Part shown: positions 1-10,192 of the stretch, one piece after another
How positions within the stretch are numbered: the stretch's first letter is position 1
Layout: each line of letters begins with the position of its first letter
NCBI GenBank assembly: GCA_037134895.1
Contig: JBAXLI010000015.1
Coordinates: 2,875-66,874 of the forward strand
Direction: 5' to 3'
Origin: Bacteroidota bacterium
GTDB taxonomy: Bacteria; Bacteroidota; Bacteroidia; Bacteroidales; FEN-979
Length of the DNA stretch: 64,000 nt
Notes under the pieces: generated by a model
Database searches by the model: none
Seen by the model: only the letters and a program-made list of their open reading frames with translations
Told to the model about the DNA's origin: nothing
Position numbers and translations under genes: made by a program

Positions 1-1260
1 TCCTTTGGAATATTTTGAGCTTTTTTTGACGGTGTGAGGCGGAGCAGGACTGGCTCTTTTGCCGTTTACATATTTTGCAATGAAGGCATCGGGGATCTCT
101 TTTGAAGTCCTCAGCGAAGTCATCAGCTTCCTTGCATCATTAACATTCACGAAAGATCCAATGGTATACCGGTACCAGCCTCCTGAAAACTCTTTTGAAA
201 CGGCCTGGCTGAGTTTGAATTTCTCTTTTACCTGTTCGGCTGTGTATGTATTCTCTTTAAAAGCGTAAATCTGGACCCTGTAAGTGACCCCTTTTACAGC
301 TTTTACCGGGGATGACATTATATTCGTGTCGGGTATAAATTCTTCGGATATATTGGTATCGGGCAGAAGCAGGTTTTCCACTGGATGAAGACTGTCACTC
401 TGCTGGACTTTCGGTTTGGAATTGGCATTTGCAACTGCTGCTTTTGCAGCCAGTTCTTTTTGTCTTTCAGCTTCAATCTCTGCGGCCAGCAAAGGTTGAG
501 GAGGGGGCGGACCGATTTGTTTCTGGTATGAAGCCTGCCCGAGCTTATCATTTGAAGGTTTGTTGAAATTATAGGTAACATTAAAAGCCAGCAGGCTGTA
601 GGAGTCATACGGGAAGCCCCCGGGCGTAGCATCAAGGTTGTCGCTTAAAAGGCTTCTCAGGGTCCATTCCAATCCGAGATTTACTTTGTCTTTAATGCTG
701 AAATAAGCTCCAAGTCCGGCCGGCACCACAAGGTGAAGATTGAGGTTCTCCCAGCTTCCGTCCCTGCCGATAATTTCACCGGTGGTTATATCTTTCTTTT
801 TCGTGATCCAGTCAACAGCGCCTGCACCCAGGGTGCCGTAAACAAAGAAAAAACGTTTCGGATTGTATCGTCCAAAGAGATTGCTGAAGTTGATGGTTGT
901 GTTCACGTTTAATTCGAAAAGGGTGCTTTCGAAATATTGGTTACACGGGCTCCCATCCTTATATTTGGTCTTTTCACCGGCCAGCTGTCCGTAAAGGAAT
1001 TGTCCGCGTAACATGAAAACATGGCTCAGCTGCCGGTTAAGCGAGAGGGTTCCTGCAAAACGTAGTTCATTAATCGGGCTTGTAGCAGGAAAAAAATTGT
1101 TCTCTTTAAGGTCTCCGAAAAAAATGTTTGGCCCACCGCTCAGGCTCACCGACCAGTTGTCCCAAAAGCGTTTACCCAGGAGCCCGTTAGTCTGGGCCTG
1201 AGCACCGGAGCCAAAAAATAGCAAAAAGAGGATGATCAGCAGTGGAGTAGATTTATGCAT
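1..1260 (-). CDS. Outer-membrane beta-barrel protein with C-terminal SPOR-like peptidoglycan-binding domain (3' end runs off the window)
   Basis: Not in the ORF track because its stop lies outside the window. I checked every codon of the minus frame from 1260 to 1 and found no stop (420 codons). ATG at 1258-1260. The signal peptide is MHKSTPLLIILFLLFFGSGAQAQ. An aromatic/Gly-rich alternating beta-strand region ends in ...YSLLAFNVTYNF, followed by a Pro/Ala/Lys linker. The C-terminal segment YRVQIYAFKENTYTAEQVKEKF...GGWYRYTIGSFVNVNDARKL is typical of SPOR repeats. Confidence 0.6.
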   Translation of the reverse strand, partial: MHKSTPLLIILFLLFFGSGAQAQTNGLLGKRFWDNWSVSLSGGPNIFFGDLKENNFFPATSPINELRFAGTLSLNRQLSHVFMLRGQFLYGQLAGEKTKYKDGSPCNQYFESTLFELNVNTTINFSNLFGRYNPKRFFFVYGTLGAGAVDWITKKKDITTGEIIGRDGSWENLNLHLVVPAGLGAYFSIKDKVNLGLEWTLRSLLSDNLDATPGGFPYDSYSLLAFNVTYNFNKPSNDKLGQASYQKQIGPPPPQPLLAAEIEAERQKELAAKAAVANANSKPKVQQSDSLHPVENLLLPDTNISEEFIPDTNIMSSPVKAVKGVTYRVQIYAFKENTYTAEQVKEKFKLSQAVSKEFSGGWYRYTIGSFVNVNDARKLMTSLRTSKEIPDAFIAKYVNGKRASPAPPHTVKKSSKYSKG

Positions 1261-1351
1261 GCAGAGTGTGACAACTTGGATCCGGAGTAAAGATACGTGC
1301 ATAAGTTTTAGAAACACTCTCTGATGGAAGAACTTTATTAACAACCCATTG

Positions 1352-2458
1352 TTACTTTTTAAGTTGGAGAGCTTTAGAAAAATCGCTTACCGAATTGGCA
1401 TAATCACCCATGGCCTTGAGAGCAAATCCCCGGTAATAATACCCGTCGGAAAAATCGGGTTTAAGTTGAACCACAGTTGTGAAATCCGCCACCGATTTTT
1501 TGTACTCCTGCATTTTCAGGTATACCAATCCACGGTTGCAAAGTGCATCGACCCCGCCTTTGTTTTTACGTATTGCAGTTGTAAGGTCCGACAAGGCCCT
1601 GCTGTATTTTTCCATATAAGCAAAAAGGCACCCCCGGTTATTATAACCCATATACGATGGGTATTGGCCCAGCAACAGGTCAAAGGCTTTCATGGCCTGG
1701 ATATTATCCCCCGAAAGCCTGTATAGATAACCCAGATCAAGAAGGATCAGACTGTCATCGGCCGGTTTAAGTTCGTGCACCTTCACAAGCATGTCGATAG
1801 ATTTCTTGTACCTGCCGAAATTATAACTCCATGTCGCATAATTGTAATAGGCCTCAAGGAATTTCTGTTCCCTTGAGCAAAAACCATAAAGTGCATCAAT
1901 AAGCAGGGAATCGCTTGGCCTGGTTAACACCTGGTTGGTCCCAAGTATATATGAAATGAAAATCCTTTCCTGAGTAAACTCCGCATTGTTCCAGTAATCG
2001 GGCTTCATCAATTGCTGTGGAGGAACATTCAAGGTCGTACCGCATATATTAAGCACGCTGTCGTTCCAGTGAAGCTGCATATAAGAGAGTGCAATGAAAA
2101 AGTTACAGAAGTTCCTGTTGATGTTGCTATCGACCCTTGCAATTTTGAAATCGCGGATGGATTCGAAATACATTCCCTGTTTCAGAAGGCTGATGCCACG
2201 GTAGAAATGGATTGCGCTTTTGGCATTGCTCTTGGGGAAAAGATCCTCCTTGTATTTATCGGCAAGAGATGCAAAATCGGTTTTATATTTCAGGATACAG
2301 AGTTCCCTTAAGGGCGGAATCTGGTCTTTTCCCTGTTTATCACCTGGATTGACAGTTGCTGTCGGGCTTGTCTTTGGGGTCGCTTTCTTCTGAGCATGGC
2401 AAAATGCAGGCAGGACTAAAATTAGCAGGGCTGCAGCAATGTATGAACACTTTCTCAT
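1352..2458 (-). CDS. Secreted TPR-repeat protein
   Basis: ORF 1352..2509. The likely start is the ATG at 2456-2458 (MRKCSYIAAALLILVLPAFCHAQ signal peptide). The C-terminal half has repeated TPR-like 34-aa units (AMKAFDLLLGQYPSY..., YSRALSDLTTAIRKN..., YKKSVADFTTVVQLKPDF..., YANSVSDFSKALQLK). Confidence 0.7.
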   Translation of the reverse strand: MRKCSYIAAALLILVLPAFCHAQKKATPKTSPTATVNPGDKQGKDQIPPLRELCILKYKTDFASLADKYKEDLFPKSNAKSAIHFYRGISLLKQGMYFESIRDFKIARVDSNINRNFCNFFIALSYMQLHWNDSVLNICGTTLNVPPQQLMKPDYWNNAEFTQERIFISYILGTNQVLTRPSDSLLIDALYGFCSREQKFLEAYYNYATWSYNFGRYKKSIDMLVKVHELKPADDSLILLDLGYLYRLSGDNIQAMKAFDLLLGQYPSYMGYNNRGCLFAYMEKYSRALSDLTTAIRKNKGGVDALCNRGLVYLKMQEYKKSVADFTTVVQLKPDFSDGYYYRGFALKAMGDYANSVSDFSKALQLKK

Positions 2459-2536
2459 GAGAAGCAAATATAAAGCATTCGCATCTAATTTTACAACATA
2501 CCCGCTCAAGATATTACTGGATTATTAACAACGATT

Positions 2537-3910
2537 TCAATGAAATGCACTTGGTTTTTTACGATTGCGGATGAGGAACACCGGAGTCCATTCGATCGAG
2601 ACCCAGGCGTAACTTACAGGCTTCCCGTTCTGGAAGCTCCAGCCGTTAAAATTTTGCATGCCTGCACCGGGAAAGAGAAGTGAATAATCAAATATAAGTT
2701 CCAGGTTGGGTATGGGAAGCCAGCTGAAATTCAACTCGGCGATATGCATGAAGCTTGGAGGGACCTTGACAATCCTGACAAGCATGGAGTCGGGTACAAG
2801 CTGTCTTATATAAGGGTGTGGAAGACTTAACCAATGATAAGTCGCTTCGATAGAGACCTTCTCTGATAGAATGAAGATGGCCTTGAAGGAAAGGTTATTG
2901 AGTCCCTGGTGCTCATTACTTCGGGTCATCCCGGTAAACAGCCCGCCAGCGCCGATATTTTTTGCGGTATTGCCATAAAGCAGGCTGAAACCATGAACTG
3001 TGGTCTTCATTCCAATGGAATCAGACAGGTCGTTACCACCAAAATGTTCGAAAGCAGGCACCAGGTTAAACCATTCAAGCGGGTGAAAGGCAACATAAGC
3101 CGCATAGTAATTTGCAGAAAGCCTTCTGCCGTCAGGAATATGACCGAACTGATAGTACCCCACCAGGTTTACGTCCCATGAAGGCCAGGCGATCCAGGCA
3201 GTCCCTCCAATCGTATTCTTGATGTAAAGTGTACTCAGGTCGATCCCGTTGTCGTTTGCATCCCATGTGTCGCTGAATATCAGCGTGAGCTGACCGTCAA
3301 ACAGTTTTTTCATGCCATATAACCAGCCCATGTAACGGTAATTGTTTATATCGGGATCGGTGCTGAGTATAATATACTCTTTCCCCAGACGGTTGAATGC
3401 AAAACCAATGTCGGCCCAGAGTGAAGTGTCAGGTTTCAGGTAATGCAGAATAATGGCATTATGAGAAGTGACAAGCCGGTTCCAGTCCCTCGACTGAAAA
3501 AACAGGTTAGTCGTGTAATCGATCTGTATCCTTCCTGCCTGCAGAGACAGATTTTTATTAAAATTAAATCTAACCCAGGCTTCATAAACGTTGGCATTGA
3601 AATAAGCAGGAACGTTGATGCTATAGAGGTTGCTTCCTTTGGTGAAAGATCCTCCCAATGATAAATAAGCCCCGAACCTTCTGCTGTTATAACGCAGATC
3701 CAGTTCACCATATCCCAGCACATTGTACAAATTGCTTCTTGTAGAATCGGAAAACGTTCTTCTGAGGTTGTAGTATTCTCCCCTGAGGCTGAAATCTCCT
3801 GAAAAGATGAACTGTGCTTTCGCCGGTTCAGCCCAGGATGCCATCCGCAGTAAAACAAACAGGAATAAGATTCTGTACAGGAAAATTTTATGAGGAGAGG
3901 AAAGCGTCAT
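2537..3910 (-). CDS. Outer-membrane beta-barrel protein (porin / alginate-export-like)
   Basis: 457-aa ORF with a signal peptide ending AKAQ. The body shows an alternating aromatic/hydrophilic strand pattern rich in Tyr, Gly and Asn (FSLRGEYYNL, LDLRYNSRRFGAYLSLGG). The family assignment is by pattern only. Confidence 0.45.
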   Translation of the reverse strand: MTLSSPHKIFLYRILFLFVLLRMASWAEPAKAQFIFSGDFSLRGEYYNLRRTFSDSTRSNLYNVLGYGELDLRYNSRRFGAYLSLGGSFTKGSNLYSINVPAYFNANVYEAWVRFNFNKNLSLQAGRIQIDYTTNLFFQSRDWNRLVTSHNAIILHYLKPDTSLWADIGFAFNRLGKEYIILSTDPDINNYRYMGWLYGMKKLFDGQLTLIFSDTWDANDNGIDLSTLYIKNTIGGTAWIAWPSWDVNLVGYYQFGHIPDGRRLSANYYAAYVAFHPLEWFNLVPAFEHFGGNDLSDSIGMKTTVHGFSLLYGNTAKNIGAGGLFTGMTRSNEHQGLNNLSFKAIFILSEKVSIEATYHWLSLPHPYIRQLVPDSMLVRIVKVPPSFMHIAELNFSWLPIPNLELIFDYSLLFPGAGMQNFNGWSFQNGKPVSYAWVSIEWTPVFLIRNRKKPSAFH

Positions 3911-4034
3911 CCTGAAAATTTGAGCAAAAATAGTTTATTTGTTATAATGCAGATATCATTATCGCGTTATACTTTCCGATAATCAGCAGTCTTTTAGTAT
4001 TTTTACCGACTTCAAAGAACCCTAACATCATTTT

Positions 4035-7000
4035 ATGAAACAATTCCGCAAATATAATACGATTGCAGGATGGATAGTATTCGCAATCGCCGCTATTGTT
4101 TACATTAAAACCGTGGAGCCCACGGTTAGCTGGTGGGATCCGGGCGAGCATATCGCCACTTCATATAAGCTTCAGATCGGGCATCCTCCCGGGGCGCCTA
4201 CCTTCCAGCTTATGGCACGCTTTCTCTCGCTTTTTGCATTCGGAGATACCAGCAAAGCTGCGGTAATGATCAATATGGTTTCGGTGCTCAGCAGCGCTTT
4301 CGTGATCCTGTTCCTGTTCTGGATCATCACTATGATTGCCAAAAAGATGCTGATTAAACCCGGAGAGGATATGACGCAGGAGAACATGTGGACTATTCTT
4401 GCTGCAGGTTTTGTAGGGGCTATGACATTTACCTTCACCGATTCCTTCTGGTTCTCGGCCGTGGAAGCCAATGTGTTTGCCATGTCGTATTTCTGCACTT
4501 CCGTCGTGATCTGGGCCATTTTTAAGTGGGATGAGATGGCGGATGAAAAACACAGTTACCGATGGCTGATTTTCGTAGCTTTCATGATCGGGCTCTCAAT
4601 CGGGGTTCATCTTCTGAACCTTCTTACCATTCCTGCTCTGTCGATGGTTTATTATTTCAGGAAATATAGTCCGACAAAATGGGGAATAGTTACCGCCATG
4701 GGCATCTCATTCGCCCTGGTAGCCAGCATGATGTATTTTGTAATACCATGGATCCCTAAATTTGCAAGTTACTTTGAACTGGCTTTTGTAAACGGACTGG
4801 GAATGCCTTTTAATTCCGGGACAATCATTTATTTCCTGCTCTTTTTCGGACTGCTCATATGGGGTTTATGGTATACAAGAGCAAAAGGGAAGACGGTACT
4901 GAACACCATCCTGCTTTCACTATCATTTCTGCTGATCGGATATTCTTCCTTCGTTTCTCTTGTGATCAGGGCAAATGCCGACACACCAATAAATGAAAAC
5001 AAACCCAAGGATGCTATTACGCTTGTTTCTTTCCTGAACCGCGAGCAATATGGAACCTGGCCTTTCCTTTACGGACAGTATTATACAGCCCCTGTGATTG
5101 AATATAAGGACGGAAGCCCGATCTATAAAAAGAATGCGGCAACCGGGAAGTATGAGGTTATCGACGACCGCAAGGGAACAATCCCGGTGTACGACCCAAG
5201 ATTTACAACTCTCCTGCCCCGTATGTGGTGCACAAACCAGGACCGGCCCGGAAGTTCTGAATTTTTCAAAAACTGGGGAGGACCAGGTATCCCCATGGAC
5301 ATTACAGGACCCGATGGCAAGCCACAGACAGTAAGCAAACCGACCTTCGGCGAAAACCTGAAATTCATGTTCACATACCAGTTCAACTGGATGTACTTAA
5401 GGTATTTTCTCTGGAATTTTTCAGGGAGGCAGGATGATATACAGAGTTTCGGAAGTGTCAGGAACGGAAACTGGATCACAGGGATCCCTTTCATTGATAA
5501 ATATCATGTGGGAAACTCTCTCACCGACCTTCCCGACAGCGTGAAATCAAGAGCTTCTCATAAATATTTCATGCTTCCGCTAATCCTGGGATTAATTGGA
5601 TTCTTTTTTCAGATCAAAAAGGATTACAGGAACAGCATCATTGTCATCCTTCTGTTTCTGCTGACCGGGCTTGCGATAACATTTTATCTTAATCAGAAAC
5701 CTTTTGAACCGAGGGAACGGGATTACTCCTACGCCGGATCCTTTATGGCGTTTTCAATTTGGATAGGTCTCGGGGTGATAGCCCTGGTTGATTTCATCCG
5801 GGAAAAAGCAAAACTGAAAGGATTTCTGCCGATAATCCTGGTTACAGTCATTACAACCCTCCTTGTTCCGGGAGTTCTTGCCCAGCAGAACTGGAAAGAC
5901 CATGACCGCACCGGAAAATATTCGGCCAGGGATTTTGCTGCAAACTACCTGAATTCCTGTGATAAAAATGCCTTGCTGATAACAAACGGTGACAACGATA
6001 CCTTCCCCTTGTGGTATAACCAGGAGGTGGAAGCAGTGAGGCCCGATGTACGAATTATCAACAGGGAACTTGCTTCAGGCTCATGGTATATCGAACAACT
6101 GTATAAAAAAATGTATGATTCGGAGCCTGTGAAACTCACCATTCCCGTTGAACAATACCAGCCTGGAACCAATGATATTATAACGTATTATGATGTCGGA
6201 CTGAAAGGATATGTTGAGCTTAAAGATCTTGTCGACTTCATAAAAAGCAAGGATCCACAGACTTTTGTAACCATGCAGAACGGGGAAAAGATCAAATTCT
6301 TCCCTGCGAAAAAGATCAAGATCACGGTAAATAAGGAAAATTGCCTGAAATACGGGATTGTGCCTGAGTATTTCAAAGACAAGATGGTTGATTCAATCAC
6401 TTTCAATATCAAATCCAACCTGTTATACAAAAACGATATCATGACTCTTGACCTGATCGCCAGCAGCGACTGGACAAGGCCGGTGTATTTTGCAGCTCCG
6501 AATTCGGTACGCAATTTCCTCGATATTGAGAAATACTGTTATATGGAAGGCTGGGTCTATAAATTCATGCCGGTAGCTCCCGATTCGACCAATTACATAC
6601 CCTCGCTTGGAAGTATCGATGCAAAGGGTTCCTATGACATCATCATGAATAAGTGCAAATGGGGAAACCTCGATGCTCCTGGTGTTTACGTGGATCCTGA
6701 AAGCCTCAACAGTTCGATGAGGCCAAAGATGGATGCATTGTTTGTGGGACAGATGCTGCTCGACAAGGGAATGAAGAAAGAGTGTAAAGCCCTGGTAGAT
6801 CTTTACCTGTCGAAATTCCCTGATCCGAAATTCGTGTATGATATGTACAACCTCCCCTTTGTCGAAATGTACTACAAAACCGGAGATCCGGCAAGCGCTG
6901 TGAAGCTGAGCAACAGGATCGCCGAGGTGATGGGGCAGAACCTTGATTATTATGCTTCATTTTCGTCTGCATTAAAGCCTGATTTTCTTGAGGATGTTCA

Positions 7001-7112
7001 AACTGCACTGGAAGTGCTAAACCGACTGAAGGATGCAGCTGTGCAAAACAACCAACCCGGGCTTGCTCAAAAAATTGGGGTATTGATTAAGCAGAAGAAT
7101 CCCGGGATTTAG
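4035..7112 (+). CDS. DUF2723-family large polytopic membrane protein (PMT/ArnT-like glycosyltransferase fold)
   Basis: 1025-aa ORF. The N-terminal motif TVSWWDPGEHIATSYKLQIGHPPGAPTFQL is followed by about 10 hydrophobic helices and a large soluble C-terminal domain. This architecture is characteristic of Bacteroidota DUF2723 proteins. Confidence 0.75.
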   Translation: MKQFRKYNTIAGWIVFAIAAIVYIKTVEPTVSWWDPGEHIATSYKLQIGHPPGAPTFQLMARFLSLFAFGDTSKAAVMINMVSVLSSAFVILFLFWIITMIAKKMLIKPGEDMTQENMWTILAAGFVGAMTFTFTDSFWFSAVEANVFAMSYFCTSVVIWAIFKWDEMADEKHSYRWLIFVAFMIGLSIGVHLLNLLTIPALSMVYYFRKYSPTKWGIVTAMGISFALVASMMYFVIPWIPKFASYFELAFVNGLGMPFNSGTIIYFLLFFGLLIWGLWYTRAKGKTVLNTILLSLSFLLIGYSSFVSLVIRANADTPINENKPKDAITLVSFLNREQYGTWPFLYGQYYTAPVIEYKDGSPIYKKNAATGKYEVIDDRKGTIPVYDPRFTTLLPRMWCTNQDRPGSSEFFKNWGGPGIPMDITGPDGKPQTVSKPTFGENLKFMFTYQFNWMYLRYFLWNFSGRQDDIQSFGSVRNGNWITGIPFIDKYHVGNSLTDLPDSVKSRASHKYFMLPLILGLIGFFFQIKKDYRNSIIVILLFLLTGLAITFYLNQKPFEPRERDYSYAGSFMAFSIWIGLGVIALVDFIREKAKLKGFLPIILVTVITTLLVPGVLAQQNWKDHDRTGKYSARDFAANYLNSCDKNALLITNGDNDTFPLWYNQEVEAVRPDVRIINRELASGSWYIEQLYKKMYDSEPVKLTIPVEQYQPGTNDIITYYDVGLKGYVELKDLVDFIKSKDPQTFVTMQNGEKIKFFPAKKIKITVNKENCLKYGIVPEYFKDKMVDSITFNIKSNLLYKNDIMTLDLIASSDWTRPVYFAAPNSVRNFLDIEKYCYMEGWVYKFMPVAPDSTNYIPSLGSIDAKGSYDIIMNKCKWGNLDAPGVYVDPESLNSSMRPKMDALFVGQMLLDKGMKKECKALVDLYLSKFPDPKFVYDMYNLPFVEMYYKTGDPASAVKLSNRIAEVMGQNLDYYASFSSALKPDFLEDVQTALEVLNRLKDAAVQNNQPGLAQKIGVLIKQKNPGI

Positions 7113-7121
7113 TATATTAGC

Positions 7122-9263
7122 ATGCTGTTGAGGTCCTTATGCAACTTTTTAGTGGTAATAAGGGTCTTGAGTATTAAAGATGTCATTATGATCAGTAAAT
7201 TCTGGCTCTGCCAGATCATTTTCGTATTGTTATTCTGTTTCACCTGTTCAGCCAACGCTCAGGCCAGGACCCCCGATACACTTGGCGCAGACCTCAGGAG
7301 AGACTATATTCCTGTTACCAAAGAACAATACAATCTGCTGTTGATCTTTCAGAATGCCAGGTATGCCAGAAAACAGAATCCTGCCAAAGCAATTGAATTA
7401 TACCAGGAATTCTATGACAAATCGGTTAGGGAGAAGGAAATGTATTATGCCGCTACAGCCCTTTTTGAAATCTGCCGGGTATACATGGACCAACATCTGT
7501 ATTTCCAGGCGATGGAGTATTCCTTAAGGGCTTACCAGGTTCTTGCCGACAATGATCTTGAGAAAAAGTCGAACTACTTCATGATCGGGATAGGCAATTG
7601 CTATTTTCAAACGGGGAATTACCTGATTGCCGAAGGGGATTTTAAAAAGGCCGAACAGCTCTTCGTTCAGAACAATGACCATTTCGGGATTGCCGTTGCT
7701 CAGAATAATATAGGGCTATGCAAGCAAAAACTTAATCAGCAGGATTCTGCCCTGGTTTATTTTAAGAGAGCTTTATCGCATCGCAACAAAACAAGGCAGC
7801 CCGCAATTATCGGCCATTCCTATTATTACATCGGGACCGCATATGCAAACCTTGGAAAAGTTGAGGAAGCAAGGCGGTATTTCAACCTTGCCATACCACT
7901 CCTGAATCTGATAGTTGATGATATCTTCCTCAGGCATGATCTGAGTTCGACCCTCGGCGAAGTGTATTTTGAACTCGGAAAACTGAATGCCCGCGAGAAA
8001 GAACCAAAGGAGGCAATCCTTAATTTTACAAAAGCGCTTGAGATCTTTGACACAATTGCAGAGCAGGTCAAAGAACCCCCGGTATACATTGCCATCGGCT
8101 ATAGTTATCGTGACCTAAAGGATTTCCCTCTGGCGATGAAAGCATACAGGGATGCTTTAAGAATTGCGTACTCCAAAGAATTGCTTGACGTGGAAAAATC
8201 CTGTTATCAAAACATGATCCAGGTCTTCCAGCTGACCAATAGAACTGATTCGGTTTCGGTTTACCTGGAGAAATTCTATCATGTAACCGATACGATTCAA
8301 GCACAGATGATTAGCAGCCGTTTCAATGAAATCCGCCTGGCGCTTAAGATCAGGGAAGCAGAAAATGAATCCAGGACTCTTCAGCAAAAGAGCGATTACG
8401 CCATTGTTTTTTTCGTGACAGTTGGCTTCCTGATGCTTCTGCTGATCATTATTTCCCTGATATACATACGCAAGCAAAGAAAAAACGCAAAGATCGCTGC
8501 AGCTGAAATAAAAGCCAGGGTTCAGGCCGAAAAGGACTTGGAAAAGCTGAACCTCGAACTCAAGGAAGTCAATACCAATAAAGACCGTTTTATCTCAATA
8601 ATGTCTCATGACCTCCGTAGTCCGTTCAATGCCTTATTGGGGTTCGCAGATCTTCTTGTTGAAGAGACTGCGGATAAGAACATCCCTGAGATCAGACATT
8701 ATTCGAAAATTGTGCAGCAGATAGCCAGTGCGACCTTCCAGCTGCTCGAGAACCTGCTTACATGGTCGAGGCTTCAGATAGGAACAATACCTTTTCAACC
8801 TGCAAACCTTCATCTGTACGACGAAGTATCGGTTGTTATCGACACCATGATGGTTCTGGCTTCCCGCAAATCGATCCGTATCCGTAACCTGGTCAGCGCC
8901 GACGCCATGGTGATCGCCGATAATAACATGATCCAGGCAATATTTAGAAACCTGATCTCGAATGCCGTAAAATTTACAAAAGCTGAAGGCACAATAGAGA
9001 TCAGAAGTGAATATACGGAGGGCTTCTATATAATCAGAATTTCCGACAATGGGGTCGGGATACCTCCTGAGATCAGCGGGAAACTGTTTCTCGAAACTAA
9101 CGGACTGGTTTCTACCAATGGCACGGAAAATGAAAAGGGGCACGGATTAGGGTTGCTTTTATGCCGTCATATGGTTGAGAAGAACGGCGGGCGCATCTGG
9201 CTGGAATCGACTTCCGTTAAGGGAAGTACCTTTGCCTTTACATTGCCTCCGGTAAAAGATTAA
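7122..9263 (+). CDS. TPR-containing sensor histidine kinase (orphan)
   Basis: 713-aa ORF. The probable true start is the ATG at 7188 (MISKFWLCQIIFVLLFCFTCSANAQ signal). It has extracytoplasmic TPR repeats, a single TM segment (YAIVFFVTVGFLMLLLIIISLIYI) and a coiled coil. The HisKA H-box is FISIMSHDLRSPFNALLGF. The HATPase N, G1 and G2 boxes are NLISNAVKFT, DNGVGI and GHGLGL. Confidence 0.85.
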   Translation: MLLRSLCNFLVVIRVLSIKDVIMISKFWLCQIIFVLLFCFTCSANAQARTPDTLGADLRRDYIPVTKEQYNLLLIFQNARYARKQNPAKAIELYQEFYDKSVREKEMYYAATALFEICRVYMDQHLYFQAMEYSLRAYQVLADNDLEKKSNYFMIGIGNCYFQTGNYLIAEGDFKKAEQLFVQNNDHFGIAVAQNNIGLCKQKLNQQDSALVYFKRALSHRNKTRQPAIIGHSYYYIGTAYANLGKVEEARRYFNLAIPLLNLIVDDIFLRHDLSSTLGEVYFELGKLNAREKEPKEAILNFTKALEIFDTIAEQVKEPPVYIAIGYSYRDLKDFPLAMKAYRDALRIAYSKELLDVEKSCYQNMIQVFQLTNRTDSVSVYLEKFYHVTDTIQAQMISSRFNEIRLALKIREAENESRTLQQKSDYAIVFFVTVGFLMLLLIIISLIYIRKQRKNAKIAAAEIKARVQAEKDLEKLNLELKEVNTNKDRFISIMSHDLRSPFNALLGFADLLVEETADKNIPEIRHYSKIVQQIASATFQLLENLLTWSRLQIGTIPFQPANLHLYDEVSVVIDTMMVLASRKSIRIRNLVSADAMVIADNNMIQAIFRNLISNAVKFTKAEGTIEIRSEYTEGFYIIRISDNGVGIPPEISGKLFLETNGLVSTNGTENEKGHGLGLLLCRHMVEKNGGRIWLESTSVKGSTFAFTLPPVKD

Positions 9264-9928
9264 AAATCACACCTTGCCTGGTTGAAAACCCCGGTATCAA
9301 GATCCATTATGCTCAGGAAACGCCGGTGCCCTGCGCCTGTATCCATCATGAACACATTCGAAAGCCTTGCAGGCTCATCCTTGAAAATAAGCTGGGTTGG
9401 AGAATGTCCGATGTAGATCTCACGGAATTCCTTAAATATCCTGCCATCTTCGTGGTATTTTAATGCATCCTGGTAAAGCGAACGGTTCCAGAGAAGGGTC
9501 CGCTTGTCTCCCTTCTGCTCTTCAAAAGGCCTGTCGCTGTCAAATCCGCCGTGCACGAACAGCCTGTTTTGCTTATCAATATGGTATAGCCGGGCAGTAG
9601 CAAAGAAACCCAAATGACTTTTTGCGGATTGAGGATTTATTTCATAATCCTTGATCGTTGTATGTGCTCCCTGGTAAACCCAGTCGGGAGAGATAAACCC
9701 AGTCTTCAGGTATTCAGAACACCATAAATCATGGTTCCCCATGATAAAAACCAGGTTTCTGACCTTCATCATCTCATCCACCACCCTGACGGGTTCCGGC
9801 CCCCTGTCGACGAGGTCACCAAGACTTATCAGCCGATCATTCTTATAGTCGAATCTTACCTTGCCGAATAATTCAATAAGTGGTTTGAAATTCCCGTGAA
9901 TATCGCCGATTACAAAGGATCGGGGCAT
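9260..9928 (-). CDS. Metallophosphoesterase (PPP-family Ser/Thr phosphatase / ApaH-like)
   Basis: 222-aa ORF with the calcineurin-like motifs GDIHGN, GDLVDRGPEP and GNHD. Its stop overlaps the stop of the convergent kinase gene in a TTAA at 9260-9263. Confidence 0.8.
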   Translation of the reverse strand: MPRSFVIGDIHGNFKPLIELFGKVRFDYKNDRLISLGDLVDRGPEPVRVVDEMMKVRNLVFIMGNHDLWCSEYLKTGFISPDWVYQGAHTTIKDYEINPQSAKSHLGFFATARLYHIDKQNRLFVHGGFDSDRPFEEQKGDKRTLLWNRSLYQDALKYHEDGRIFKEFREIYIGHSPTQLIFKDEPARLSNVFMMDTGAGHRRFLSIMDLDTGVFNQARCDF

Positions 9929-9983
9929 AACCAGTGTTTAAGGCGGATGAGGTGACTACTCAAAGAAACCGGGAATTCCGGAG

Positions 9984-10058
9984 TGGGATGTACTGGATTC
10001 GAACCAGTGACCTCGCGCGTGTGAGGCGCGCGCTCTGAACCGGCTGAGCTAACATCCC
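9984..10058 (-). tRNA. tRNA-Val(CAC): tRNA-Val (anticodon CAC)
   Basis: I folded the reverse complement by hand: GGGATGT-TA-GCTC-AGCCGGTTCA-GAGC-G-CGCGC-CTCACAC-GCGCG-AGGTC-ACTGG-TTCGAAT-CCAGT-ACATCCC-A. This gives 75 nt with a 7-bp acceptor stem, a canonical T-loop (TTCGAAT) and anticodon loop CT-CAC-AC. CCA is not encoded. Confidence 0.9.
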
Positions 10059-10101
10059 GGATTGAGGCAAAGATAGAAATTTCCGGGACACGGGTAAAAA
10101 G

Positions 10102-10192
10102 GTGAATGTCGAATATCGAATAAAGAATAACGAATATTGAATGAAAATAATTCAATGTTCAATGTTCAATGTTCAAAATTTGATATTCAAAG
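10102..10192. repeat. Degenerate tandem heptanucleotide array (about 13 units, core TTCAATG x3 and NCGAATA x4)
   Basis: Parsed in one 7-nt phase: gtgaatg tcgaata tcgaata aagaata acgaata ttgaatg aaaataa ttcaatg ttcaatg ttcaatg ttcaaaa tttgata ttcaaag. Confidence 0.7.

Noticed and set aside
318-1201. ORF-track entries 318..635 (-) and 1013..1201 (+)
   Set aside because: Both lie inside, out of frame with or antisense to, the uninterrupted 420-codon minus-strand frame 1-1260. That frame has a signal peptide and recognisable domains. The two small ORFs have low-complexity, non-protein-like translations.
9910-10155. 81-aa minus-strand ORF
   Set aside because: It is translated straight through the tRNA-Val gene (9984-10058) and the heptamer array, so it is an artefact of non-coding sequence.
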